A stretch of 33,703 nt of DNA from an uncultured virus (IMG/VR IMGVR_UViG_3300034157_000062) (lineage: Duplodnaviria > Heunggongvirae > Uroviricota > Caudoviricetes). The stretch is from IMG/VR virus record IMGVR_UViG_3300034157_000062; one strand, written 5' to 3'. Position 1 is the stretch's first letter, and the number at the start of each line of letters is the position of its first letter. The translations under genes and the position numbers were made by a program. Below, one piece after another: positions 1 through 8,201 of this stretch. The notes under the pieces were generated by a model. The model ran no database searches and was not told the origin of the DNA. It saw only the letters and a program-made list of their open reading frames with translations.

Positions 1-172
1 TATCCAGTTCTAATAGACAACTTCCATCTGGTAAATATTTTTGTGTATTAACATAGGCAATTCTATCGCCGTTGTTGTTATTAAGAACCAAAATTAAATC
101 ACTACTGTTTGCTTTTTTAACATACATTGAATGATTAGGCGTAGGATCTTTTTTCAGTATAAATTTACTCAT
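1..172 (-). CDS. Hypothetical protein, 5' part only (runs off window); paralog of 175..897
   Basis: Manual translation from ATG at 172: MSKFILKKDP...KYLPDGSCLLELD, matching KWLPNGNCLLELE in the upstream ORF; open to the window edge. Confidence 0.75.
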   Translation of the reverse strand, partial: MSKFILKKDPTPNHSMYVKKANSSDLILVLNNNNGDRIAYVNTQKYLPDGSCLLELD

Positions 173-174
173 TA

Positions 175-897
175 TTAGACCTTCCACATGTCATAAATAG
201 CTTTATAACTATCGAAGTTCTTTTGAAAATCATTCATATCAACGTCTATTCCTATTTTTTTAGTGATTCTTTTATGTAGTCTTTCGTTAATGCATGTATG
301 TAACATCTCATCTTGCGTTTCTTTTGGATAAGCGACTTCTACACTTTTTAATAGCTTACAGAACTCTAATCCTTCAAAGTCACTACTGAGAAAAGTCATC
401 TTGGCGTTGTAAACAAATAATTCAACACATACAAACTCTATAATCAGATCTAACTGAATGTGGTAAAACATTTTATTCAGTGTAAGGTTTGTATATATCT
501 TTTTAACGCCATTGAAGTCAAATGGCACTCTCATTACTGTTTTTTCTAAATATTCTTCTTCTGTAATACTGTCAGCGTGATACAGTTTGGATATTTCACC
601 CATATCAATACAACCCATTTCAATGAGTTTATTCAAATAAACTTTTCTAATTTTTTTATTCTTTTCATATTTACCTTGAACCAATGAGACATATTTTTTT
701 CCTAATTGTCTAGTTTGCTTTGCTTGGGGAATATCCATTTCTAATTCAAGTAGACAATTTCCATTAGGCAACCATTTTTCAGAAATCGTTCTAGCAATTT
801 GCACAGATTGTTTATCATCAGTCGCATGGTTAAGGTATAAGCCACCTACGCTGCTACTGTATGGAAATTTATCCTCTCTAAAACTAAATCTATTCAT
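175..897 (-). CDS. Hypothetical protein with C-terminal MxxI-type motif
   Basis: 240 aa ORF, AGGAG RBS upstream, ends IYDMWKV. Confidence 0.8.
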   Translation of the reverse strand: MNRFSFREDKFPYSSSVGGLYLNHATDDKQSVQIARTISEKWLPNGNCLLELEMDIPQAKQTRQLGKKYVSLVQGKYEKNKKIRKVYLNKLIEMGCIDMGEISKLYHADSITEEEYLEKTVMRVPFDFNGVKKIYTNLTLNKMFYHIQLDLIIEFVCVELFVYNAKMTFLSSDFEGLEFCKLLKSVEVAYPKETQDEMLHTCINERLHKRITKKIGIDVDMNDFQKNFDSYKAIYDMWKV

Positions 898-1024
898 TAA
901 GCAAACTCCTTAAATGTCCATTATTATACATTAATGTAGAAGGCAAGTCAAACTAATAGGTTTTCTTGTTTGACTTTTTTTATATTTGTAGTAAATTATT
1001 TTCATTAATAATGGTATATATTAC

Positions 1025-1618
1025 ATGAAAAAAATACAAGACTATTTGAAACAATCTTATGAGAATTCCGTTAATAAAGGTTGGTATGAAAGACCCACTA
1101 CATCTATTGAACGATTTGCTTTAATGTTATCAGAAATTTCAGAAGCGACTGAGGAAGTTCGCTCATCGAAAGAAGATTTCTATCTCGTAGATGGCAAACC
1201 AGAAGGCCAGTCAGTTGAGCTAGTGGATGTCTTAATTCGTATATTTGACTACTCAGGTTATGCGAATGTCAACTTCTCTAAGTTCTTAGAGACTCAATTT
1301 TTTGTATCCTTCAATCCGATTAATACGATTAATGATTTAATGGTTGAAGTTGCTCAGTTGAATAACATACGTTGTTATGAAGAATTGCAAGATTTACACA
1401 GTGACTTAGAATTTCATATATCAGTGGCTATCTCCATTTGTGACGCTGCAAAATCACACATGAAAAAAACTGAGAAAGAGTTCTTGTTTTTAGCTGAAAC
1501 AGTGGTTAAAATAGCTTACTTCTTCCGTAAGAAAGGTTGGAATATGACAGAAATTCTTGATATTAAACATGAATATAATGTGAGCCGCCCACATAAACAT
1601 GGTGGAAAAGTTTGTTAG
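1025..1618 (+). CDS. MazG-like (all-alpha) NTP pyrophosphatase
   Basis: SEISEATE...ELVDVLIRIFD acidic motif and C-terminal K..YN..RP.KHGGK typical of phage MazG-like proteins. Confidence 0.8.
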   Translation: MKKIQDYLKQSYENSVNKGWYERPTTSIERFALMLSEISEATEEVRSSKEDFYLVDGKPEGQSVELVDVLIRIFDYSGYANVNFSKFLETQFFVSFNPINTINDLMVEVAQLNNIRCYEELQDLHSDLEFHISVAISICDAAKSHMKKTEKEFLFLAETVVKIAYFFRKKGWNMTEILDIKHEYNVSRPHKHGGKVC

Positions 1619-1631
1619 GAGTAAATAAAAA

Positions 1632-2171
1632 ATGAATAAAATGATAATAGGTGCTGTGTTGTGTAGTTCTTTACTATTAGGAGCTTGTTCTAGTCATCAA
1701 GCCACTACACCACCTGCTTTTCTGCTTGAAGATAATGTGACGATGAGTGTTGTGACAGATTATCAAGAGAAAGAATTGACCCAACGATTAAGTAATAAGT
1801 GGGAAATCGCTAAAAACTCAACGAGTTTGGTATTAACGGTGAGTGATTTAGATGTTTTTGAAAGTGATAATGAAACCATAAAACCATCCATAATAAAAGA
1901 CTTGGATGTTATTGCTGACATGGTTGTGATTTCTCCACATAGCCAGTTGAAAATTGTATCGCATACTGATAATCAACTTGAATTCTATGCTGGATTAGTT
2001 ATTACGACACGAAAAGCCTTAGAGTTGAAAGATTATATGCAAGCCAAAAACATTAGAGAAAAAAGAATAAGTTTTTATGGTGTAGGAAGTGAATTCCCTA
2101 TCATTAAAGACCCGGATAGTGAAGATAAGATTAAAAATAGAAGAATTGAAATACAAATAAACAACATCTAA
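1632..2171 (+). CDS. OmpA-family domain lipoprotein (degenerate peptidoglycan-binding motif)
   Basis: Lipobox LGAC; SHTDN, G.G...P and NRRIEI motifs. Confidence 0.8.
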   Translation: MNKMIIGAVLCSSLLLGACSSHQATTPPAFLLEDNVTMSVVTDYQEKELTQRLSNKWEIAKNSTSLVLTVSDLDVFESDNETIKPSIIKDLDVIADMVVISPHSQLKIVSHTDNQLEFYAGLVITTRKALELKDYMQAKNIREKRISFYGVGSEFPIIKDPDSEDKIKNRRIEIQINNI

Positions 2172-2210
2172 TAATTTAAACACAAAAAAAAATAATCAGG
2201 AGAATACATT

Positions 2211-2867
2211 ATGCGTAAATTTACAATATCAGTTTTAACAGCAGCACTTTTAATGGGTGGTTTGGCTGGTTGTACGACTAATCCCTATACTGGTGAAAGT
2301 CAAGCTGCTAAAAGTGCTAAATATGGTGGTTTCGGTGCCCTCGGTGGTGCTGCAGTCGGTGCTTTAGTGGGTGGTAAGAAAGGTGCATTGATCGGTGCTG
2401 CTGTGGGTGGTGCTTCTGGTGCGGGTTATGGTTATTACACAGATGTGCAAGAAAAGAAATTGGCTGACCAGCTTAGAGGGACAGGTGTTCAACTTCAACG
2501 TGAAGGCGATACACTTCACTTGATTATGCCGGGTAACATTACATTCAATACAGCACAATCTGATATTGCTTCATCCTTTTACCCAGTATTGAAATCCATT
2601 GCGACTTCATTAAAAGAATATAACACCAGTAACATTGTAGTTATCGGTCACACTGACAACACTGGCACTTTTGAAAAGAACCAAGTATTGTCTGAAAAAC
2701 GTGCGTATTCTGTAGCTAACTACTTTATCTCAGAAGGCATTACACAAGATCGCGTTCAAGCTGTTGGTTATGGTCCACGTCAACCGATTGCTGATAATGG
2801 CACCGACGAAGGTAGACAGACTAATCGTCGTGTTGAGATTCAAATCATCAACAAGCAACAGCAGTAA
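2211..2867 (+). CDS. yiaD: YiaD-like OmpA-family lipoprotein with glycine zipper
   Basis: Lipobox LAGC, TTNPYTGES, Gly-zipper, GHTDNTG...NQVLSEKRA...NRRVEI. Confidence 0.9.
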   Translation: MRKFTISVLTAALLMGGLAGCTTNPYTGESQAAKSAKYGGFGALGGAAVGALVGGKKGALIGAAVGGASGAGYGYYTDVQEKKLADQLRGTGVQLQREGDTLHLIMPGNITFNTAQSDIASSFYPVLKSIATSLKEYNTSNIVVIGHTDNTGTFEKNQVLSEKRAYSVANYFISEGITQDRVQAVGYGPRQPIADNGTDEGRQTNRRVEIQIINKQQQ

Positions 2868-2873
2868 TCTAAT

Positions 2874-3479
2874 ATGAATAAGTTAACCTTATTTATCTGT
2901 TCATCACTGGCACTTGCTGTCAGTGGTTGTTCAGTGACGACCAGCTATTATACAGAACAAAGTGGTTATTCAGAAATTATCAGCAATGATCAAGTGGTGA
3001 CTCCACCCGTAGTAGCACCAGCAGCTATACCGGCTGAAATGAGTATTGAGAAACGAGCTTATCTTGAAACTCAACAAGCTGAATTTACAAAAGATTTAGA
3101 AAAAACTGGGGTTATCATTAATAAACAAGGTAATGACTTATTGTTATACATCCCTGTATTAGATGCTTTCAGCTACAATGGATTTCAATTAACTTCTTAT
3201 GGTTACACTGTTTTAAACAAAATTGGGTTGGACATGTTAGATCAAGAATTCAGTGAATTTGTTGTTTCTGTCTATGATGGTGTAGGTGGTCATCAAGATC
3301 CTAACTTTAATATCAGTGAAGTGCGAGCAAGAGTGACCAATGATTATTTAATATCTCGTAGAGTTAACCAAAACAAGATATCATTTAAAGCAGAAGCTAT
3401 TCCAGTTCCACCTTTAATTGATCCAACGATACCTTATGTAGAAATAAGAATAAAAAATGATGTAAATAATTACAAATAA
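2874..3479 (+). CDS. Divergent OmpA-family domain lipoprotein
   Basis: Lipobox VSGC; TGV...QGNDLLL resembles the YiaD segment TGV...EGDTLHL; N..ISEVRA; VEIRI. Confidence 0.7.
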   Translation: MNKLTLFICSSLALAVSGCSVTTSYYTEQSGYSEIISNDQVVTPPVVAPAAIPAEMSIEKRAYLETQQAEFTKDLEKTGVIINKQGNDLLLYIPVLDAFSYNGFQLTSYGYTVLNKIGLDMLDQEFSEFVVSVYDGVGGHQDPNFNISEVRARVTNDYLISRRVNQNKISFKAEAIPVPPLIDPTIPYVEIRIKNDVNNYK

Positions 3480-3484
3480 ACACT

Positions 3485-3509
3485 AAGGCCGCTCTGAGCG
3501 GTCTTTTTT
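3485..3509 (+). terminator. Rho-independent terminator
   Basis: AAGGCCGCT-CTG-AGCGGTCTT hairpin followed by T run. Confidence 0.8.
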
Positions 3510-3613
3510 ATAGATTTCAATAATTAATATAATTTAAAATCTATACGATACATTCTATAACACTTGACTTTAACTCGTTAACAGTTAATATTTTATTATT
3601 ATTGGAGAGAAAA

Positions 3614-4147
3614 ATGAAACAAAAAATAAGAATTTTTTCAGCCCTTGCTATTGCACTCTTAGCGTCTGGTTGTTCAAGCATTGATAATCACTTAGCTCAA
3701 CATGTTGAGAAAGAACCCACATTAGGCAGTTTGAAGTGGTCATCAAACGATTACAAAATATATTTAAGAACCATGTATGTTCAAGCTGACTTCAATGAAA
3801 ATGGTGATAAACGTCTATTTGCAAATTATGACTACACAATGGAATCATCCCCATGCACCACTATCAGTAAATACAGTCCTAGAACCAATATCTATTCATT
3901 CCAGAATAAAGGTGAATCATTATCGTTCGAATGCAGACCTTACTTTAATTACGATCAACCTGATTCAAGAAGACTTTACTTGTTAGGTTCAACCAGAGAT
4001 TGTGATGATAGACAATTCGATTATAAAATTGCTGTTCTTGACAGTGGTGCTAATACTTTAGCAATGTGTGACAAACTTCACCCAGAAGCCTCTCAGAAAA
4101 TAGAACAACGTTATAAAGACTGGTTAAAAGCTGGTGTTTTCAAGTAA
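3614..4147 (+). CDS. Hypothetical lipoprotein
   Basis: GGAG RBS at 3604 favours ATG 3614; lipobox LASGC. Confidence 0.75.
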   Translation: MKQKIRIFSALAIALLASGCSSIDNHLAQHVEKEPTLGSLKWSSNDYKIYLRTMYVQADFNENGDKRLFANYDYTMESSPCTTISKYSPRTNIYSFQNKGESLSFECRPYFNYDQPDSRRLYLLGSTRDCDDRQFDYKIAVLDSGANTLAMCDKLHPEASQKIEQRYKDWLKAGVFK

Positions 4148-4163
4148 TAAGTTTTTAGAACAT

Positions 4164-4186
4164 AAAAAAACCGCCTAGGCGGTTTT
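4164..4186. terminator. Bidirectional terminator between convergent genes
   Basis: A7-CCGCCTAGGCGG-T4. Confidence 0.8.
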
Positions 4187-4187
4187 C

Positions 4188-4961
4188 TTATTTTAATATA
4201 TCATTTAATTGTTTATATGATTCATCAAAAGCTTTGTCCGTCATTTTATCCATTATTTTGTCATAATTCTCATAAGTCTTCATATTCATGATTGTCAACG
4301 TTATTCTGGATGATGGTGCATTTCTTTCATTGTCTATGGTGGTGTTTGTATATATCTTTGCAGTATATTCAGCACGTCCATCAGAAAAAAGGAATCCAAA
4401 ATAGTGTTTATCATTAAAAAACATTTTATAGCGTTCAGCTAAATATTTATATTGTCTATTTAAAGTGTCGTAATCAGTGCCTAATGCACCCTGCGAGAAT
4501 ACCAAATTGGCTTTTAATACAATGCTGTCACCTAATACATATTCATTAAAAAACATGTTTTCGGCTTTATCGTCTATAACTCTCAACGTCTGTGGTTTAA
4601 GGGCTTTCAGATTAAGTGTGATTAAAGTGCCATTGTCTTTTTGGACAGTATTGATAATACGTTGAGATAGTTTATCGTCAGCATAGGAAACAACACCTCT
4701 TCTAAGTTTACCAAAGTCAATGCCATAGACACGTTTAGTATTTGCTTCATTAGCAAATAAAGTGTCCATTAGATAAGAGTCTTTTGGAATAAATATATCT
4801 ACGGTATCTCTTGGACCTACTATTTTTGCCATTTGAGTAAACGTCATCGGAAAGCTTTCAACATTCGGCGTGTTACTAATTTCTTGTTCATTGGCGTGTA
4901 TTAATGAAGATGACAACATTAATAACGACACAATAAAGGTTTTTAGGTTTTTTATTCTCAT
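4188..4961 (-). CDS. Exported hypothetical protein; paralog of 4975..5637
   Basis: Signal peptide (..SSLIHA|NE); colinear similarity to neighbour. Confidence 0.75.
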   Translation of the reverse strand: MRIKNLKTFIVSLLMLSSSLIHANEQEISNTPNVESFPMTFTQMAKIVGPRDTVDIFIPKDSYLMDTLFANEANTKRVYGIDFGKLRRGVVSYADDKLSQRIINTVQKDNGTLITLNLKALKPQTLRVIDDKAENMFFNEYVLGDSIVLKANLVFSQGALGTDYDTLNRQYKYLAERYKMFFNDKHYFGFLFSDGRAEYTAKIYTNTTIDNERNAPSSRITLTIMNMKTYENYDKIMDKMTDKAFDESYKQLNDILK

Positions 4962-4974
4962 TCTACATCTCCAT

Positions 4975-5637
4975 TTATTTTAAAATTGTATTCAATATTT
5001 TATATTTACTATCAATATTACATTCTTCTATTTCTTGTTTTACTTTTTTATAATTTTTATACACGTCTTTTTCATGAATCGTTAAACTATATGTATAACT
5101 TGTGTTGTGCATCATAATTTTATTTATAATAACATTTTTATCATTTTTAAACTTGTCACCATCGAATAGACCTGTTTTATAACCAAGACCCAATAAAGCA
5201 GTTACATATTTTTTAGTGATATATTTGACTTCTTCAAATACAACCATTTCATCAGCAAGACCTTCATTATGAAGAGATATTTCTATATTGACCACATAAC
5301 CATGACCAACAGAGTAGTCAAAAATAAATTGATTGTCCTTATTATAGTCTTCTACTACTCTGATGACCTGATAGGGTATGTTTTCGGTGTTTAATTTTAA
5401 GGTAATGGAATCTTGGTTTTTCTCTATACTGGTAATGTGTTTATCCAGTATAGAATGATCAACACAAGATGGAGTTTTATTTTGAAACCTACGGTCATCT
5501 TTTAAAAAAGGGTTTTCTTCTTTAGCGAAATCATAATAAAGTCTGCTGGTGTTCGGTATTACGATGTTCAGTTCATTTTTTTTACCAACTTGTGTGCTCA
5601 TGTGAGTAACTATTGGTGGAAAATCATTTACGGCCAT
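4975..5637 (-). CDS. Hypothetical protein; paralog of 4188..4961 lacking signal peptide
   Basis: AGGAG RBS 7 nt before ATG 5637; ends YKILNTILK versus YKQLNDILK. Confidence 0.75.
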   Translation of the reverse strand: MAVNDFPPIVTHMSTQVGKKNELNIVIPNTSRLYYDFAKEENPFLKDDRRFQNKTPSCVDHSILDKHITSIEKNQDSITLKLNTENIPYQVIRVVEDYNKDNQFIFDYSVGHGYVVNIEISLHNEGLADEMVVFEEVKYITKKYVTALLGLGYKTGLFDGDKFKNDKNVIINKIMMHNTSYTYSLTIHEKDVYKNYKKVKQEIEECNIDSKYKILNTILK

Positions 5638-5754
5638 TCTCATTCTCCTAATTGTTGACAATAATAACATAGAAAAATATCAATATCAATTTAAAACCTG
5701 TAGATAACTACTAAATATTATGATATAATAGCTCAAATTTAAGGAATTAAACGT

Positions 5755-7011
5755 ATGATCAATACTGTGCAATTATCAGGCAACAAGGCCAAACATCTGA
5801 AAACAAAGCAAGACCATTATCTTGAAATCAGCTCTATTGCTGAAAATAATGGTGGTGAATGTCTGGATCACGAATATGTAGCCAGTCATATCAAGATGAA
5901 TTTCAGATGTATTGATCAGCATGAATGGTCAGCACGTCCTAATGATATTAAGCGTGGAACATGGTGTCCATCTTGTCGTTCCAATAAAACCGAAAACCTT
6001 GTTCGTCAATTTTTCGAAACAGTATTTGATAAACCCTTTAAAGGCAATAGTCCAGAATGGCTTCAAGTTGAAGGCGAACGTAAATGTATTCTTGATGGAT
6101 TGAATACTGATCTTGGGATTGCATTTGAGTATCATGGTGAACAACATTATCATTATATTCCACATTTTCATGACAGAAATCACAAGACTTTTGAATATCA
6201 ACAAGAACGTGATGAAAAAGTAAGAACATTGTGTAGGGAAAACAATGTACATCTTATTGAAATTAAATATTTAGAAGATGGATACTCACGAGACACCTTT
6301 ATTAGTTATCTATCCAGTATTTTTGAAAAAGAATTGAACATTATTGTTTCACCTGAGCAGATTTCTAAGTTTAAAAAACTACCTTTTTCAAGTTCCAAGA
6401 TTAATGAACTCAAGGAATTGGCAAAAAAAATGAATGGTGAATGCTTGTCTGTTAAGTATTTAGGCACTCATTCAAAAGCGAAGTGGAAATGTGAAAAAGG
6501 CCATGAATGGGAAGCGGTACCTAAATCTATCAAAAAAGGTCATTGGTGCCCTTATTGTAATGGACGACTGCGAGAAGGTGATACATTGGAAGAAGTCTCT
6601 GCTATTGCTCTTTCAAAAGGCGGTCAATGCCTATCAACCAGTTTCAAAAACTTAAAAGAGAAATTAAGTTTTGTTTGTTCGGCGGGGCATTCATTTGAAA
6701 AGGCCAGCGATGGCATTATTTACCACGATCAGTGGTGCCCTTATTGTGCTAACAACAAAGTCGTTGATCCTATTAAAGATATGAACGAACATGCTATGAG
6801 TAAAGGTGGTAAATTTATTTCCACTGAATATGTGAATGGACGATCTCCATTAACATTTGAATGTGCTGATGGGCATGTGTGGAACACCACTTATTCATCT
6901 ATTAAACATCGAAAGTCTTGGTGCCCAAGATGCCATGATAAGAAAAGAGGTCAAAACTTGGCTGGATATCTTAATAAGCCTAAATCTCCACAACAGATTA
7001 TAGAAGTTTAA
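5755..7011 (+). CDS. Zinc-ribbon repeat protein with PD-(D/E)XK/Vsr-like endonuclease domain (homing-endonuclease-like)
   Basis: Four G..(L/I)...C...H.(W/F)...WCPxC repeats; E...LDG...IAFEYHGEQHY...RD.K nuclease motif between repeats 1 and 2. Confidence 0.75.
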   Translation: MINTVQLSGNKAKHLKTKQDHYLEISSIAENNGGECLDHEYVASHIKMNFRCIDQHEWSARPNDIKRGTWCPSCRSNKTENLVRQFFETVFDKPFKGNSPEWLQVEGERKCILDGLNTDLGIAFEYHGEQHYHYIPHFHDRNHKTFEYQQERDEKVRTLCRENNVHLIEIKYLEDGYSRDTFISYLSSIFEKELNIIVSPEQISKFKKLPFSSSKINELKELAKKMNGECLSVKYLGTHSKAKWKCEKGHEWEAVPKSIKKGHWCPYCNGRLREGDTLEEVSAIALSKGGQCLSTSFKNLKEKLSFVCSAGHSFEKASDGIIYHDQWCPYCANNKVVDPIKDMNEHAMSKGGKFISTEYVNGRSPLTFECADGHVWNTTYSSIKHRKSWCPRCHDKKRGQNLAGYLNKPKSPQQIIEV

Positions 7012-7030
7012 AGAAAAATATCTTATTGCA

Positions 7031-7059
7031 TTGACTTTTTTGAAAAATAGGTTTATAAT
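7031..7059 (+). promoter_or_regulatory. Sigma70 promoter P1 upstream of the leader peptide
   Basis: TTGACT (7031-36), 17 nt spacer, TATAAT (7054-59). Confidence 0.85.
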
Positions 7060-7087
7060 TTGATAATATTAAATAGGAATTTATTTT

Positions 7088-7129
7088 ATGAACATTCAAT
7101 TAACTATAAGAGCCAGAGCGATATCTTAG
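7088..7129 (+). CDS. Putative attenuator leader peptide MNIQLTIRARAIS
   Basis: AGGA RBS 7075-78; codons 7-12 are ATA AGA GCC AGA GCG ATA; tandem stops TAG TGA. Confidence 0.8.
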   Translation: MNIQLTIRARAIS

Positions 7130-7222
7130 TGAGCTAATCTCATTGAGAGGGATTAGCACACGCTAAACCCTCTGGCAAACGAATGTGGAGCCTTTGAGGG
7201 TAATAACTCAAAGGCTTTTTTT
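7112..7222 (+). promoter_or_regulatory. Putative transcription attenuator (alternative hairpins)
   Basis: 7112-18 pairs with 7170-76; 7133-41 with 7149-57; 7146-57 with 7162-73; 7167-76 with 7190-7201 (antiterminator). Confidence 0.7.
7189..7222 (+). terminator. Intrinsic terminator of the leader
   Basis: AGCCTTTGAG-8nt-CTCAAAGGCT perfect 10 bp stem ending in a T7 run. Confidence 0.9.
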
Positions 7223-7313
7223 ATGCCTGTTTGAGAAGGGTAGAGTATTACCTTAATGTTTATATATGCTTGATTTAAAAGGAAAAATAGTTAAAAATAA
7301 TTTAAAATAGTTG

Positions 7314-7342
7314 TTGACAAAGATGAAAAGAGTTGGTAAGAT
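7314..7342 (+). promoter_or_regulatory. Sigma70 promoter P2 directly upstream of tRNA array
   Basis: TTGACA (7314-19), 17 nt spacer, TGn-extended TAAGAT (7337-42), AT-rich upstream tract. Confidence 0.7.
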
Positions 7343-7399
7343 GTTAAACATGAAGAGTTGAGAAGAAAAAAGAAAAACACTTCATAAAAGAATAAATAT

Positions 7400-7477
7400 G
7401 GGGGCACATGTTCCAAGGGATGGCGAGTTTGCCTTGCACGCAGACTGTGAAGAGTTCGATTCTCTTTGTCTCCACCA
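7400..7477 (+). tRNA. tRNA-Ala(TGC), atypical D arm (C8)
   Basis: GGGGGCA/TGTCTCC acceptor with G3:U70, CT-TGC-AC loop, TTCGATT T loop, ACCA end. Confidence 0.8.
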
Positions 7478-7500
7478 GATTTGTTAACGTAGAGGTGTCT

Positions 7501-7761
7501 ATGAGTAGTCCAGAACCTAAGATATTAAAAGCGGGTGATACTATTTGGCTTGCAACTAAAATAGGTGGACTTCCGGGGTTGCCAGAAGGTCGTTACAGTG
7601 TTGTTGAAGGTGTTACACCAGAACCTGAACAACATGAAAATGATTTCGATGGAACAGCAGGAATGATTGACACATCGACAATGATAGTAGTAGAATATGC
7701 GGGAAGCCATTACTTAGTAGACTTAGTTGATAGAGAATGGCGAATTGTAGAACAAATTTAA
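7501..7761 (+). CDS. Small hypothetical protein inside tRNA cluster (86 aa)
   Basis: GAGGTG RBS before ATG 7501; fills the gap between two tRNAs. Confidence 0.7.
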   Translation: MSSPEPKILKAGDTIWLATKIGGLPGLPEGRYSVVEGVTPEPEQHENDFDGTAGMIDTSTMIVVEYAGSHYLVDLVDREWRIVEQI

Positions 7762-7766
7762 AATAT

Positions 7767-7841
7767 GGGCTGTTAGTTTAACTGGGAAAATACCTGCCTT
7801 GCACGCAGATGTTCAGAGTTCGATTCTCTGACGGTCCACCA
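7767..7841 (+). tRNA. tRNA-Ala(TGC)
   Basis: GGGCTGT/ACGGTCC, G3:U70, anticodon TGC, CCA. Confidence 0.9.
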
Positions 7842-7865
7842 TATTAGTTGTAGAGAAAGAAATAT

Positions 7866-7942
7866 GTCTGCGTAGCTCAGTTGGATAGAGCATCCGCCTT
7901 CTAAGCGGATGGTCGCTGGTTCGAATCCAGCCGCAGACACCA
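7866..7942 (+). tRNA. tRNA-Arg(TCT)
   Basis: GTCTGCG/CGCAGAC, TCCGC-CT-TCT-AA-GCGGA, CCA. Confidence 0.95.
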
Positions 7943-7947
7943 AATTT

Positions 7948-8019
7948 GGGGCGTTTAGTTTAACGGGAAAAACCATTTAGCAATAAATGAACGTGGTTCG
8001 AGGCCACGAGGCTCCACCA
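7948..8019 (+). ncRNA. tRNA-Ala-like RNA lacking a canonical anticodon loop
   Basis: G3:U70, A73, CCA, intact T arm and D arm; anticodon arm is CATTTA-GCAA-TAAATG (tetraloop). Confidence 0.7.
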
Positions 8020-8030
8020 GATTTAAATAT

Positions 8031-8105
8031 GGGCTGATAGTTTAATTGGGAAAACACCTGCCTTGCACGCAGGAATTCAGAGTTCGATTCTCTGTCGGTC
8101 CACCA
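8031..8105 (+). tRNA. tRNA-Ala(TGC)
   Basis: GGGCTGA/TCGGTCC, anticodon TGC, CCA. Confidence 0.92.
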
Positions 8106-8120
8106 GATTATAGTTTTAAT

Positions 8121-8196
8121 GTTCTCATAGCTCAATTGGAAGAGCAATGACCTTCTAAGTCATAGGTTGTAGGTTCGAGTCCTACTGGGAATACCA
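8121..8196 (+). tRNA. tRNA-Arg(TCT)
   Basis: GTTCTCA/TGGGAAT, ATGAC-CT-TCT-AA-GTCAT, CCA. Confidence 0.9.
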
Positions 8197-8201
8197 ATCA
8201 C

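Noticed and set aside
7408..7500. N-terminal extension of the 117 aa ORF
   Set aside because: Lies inside tRNA-Ala (7400-7477); the RBS supports ATG 7501.
7948..8019. Calling this a normal tRNA-Ala(AGC)
   Set aside because: Placing AGC in a 7-nt loop leaves the flanking stem unpaired; the 6 bp stem with a 4-nt loop is perfect.
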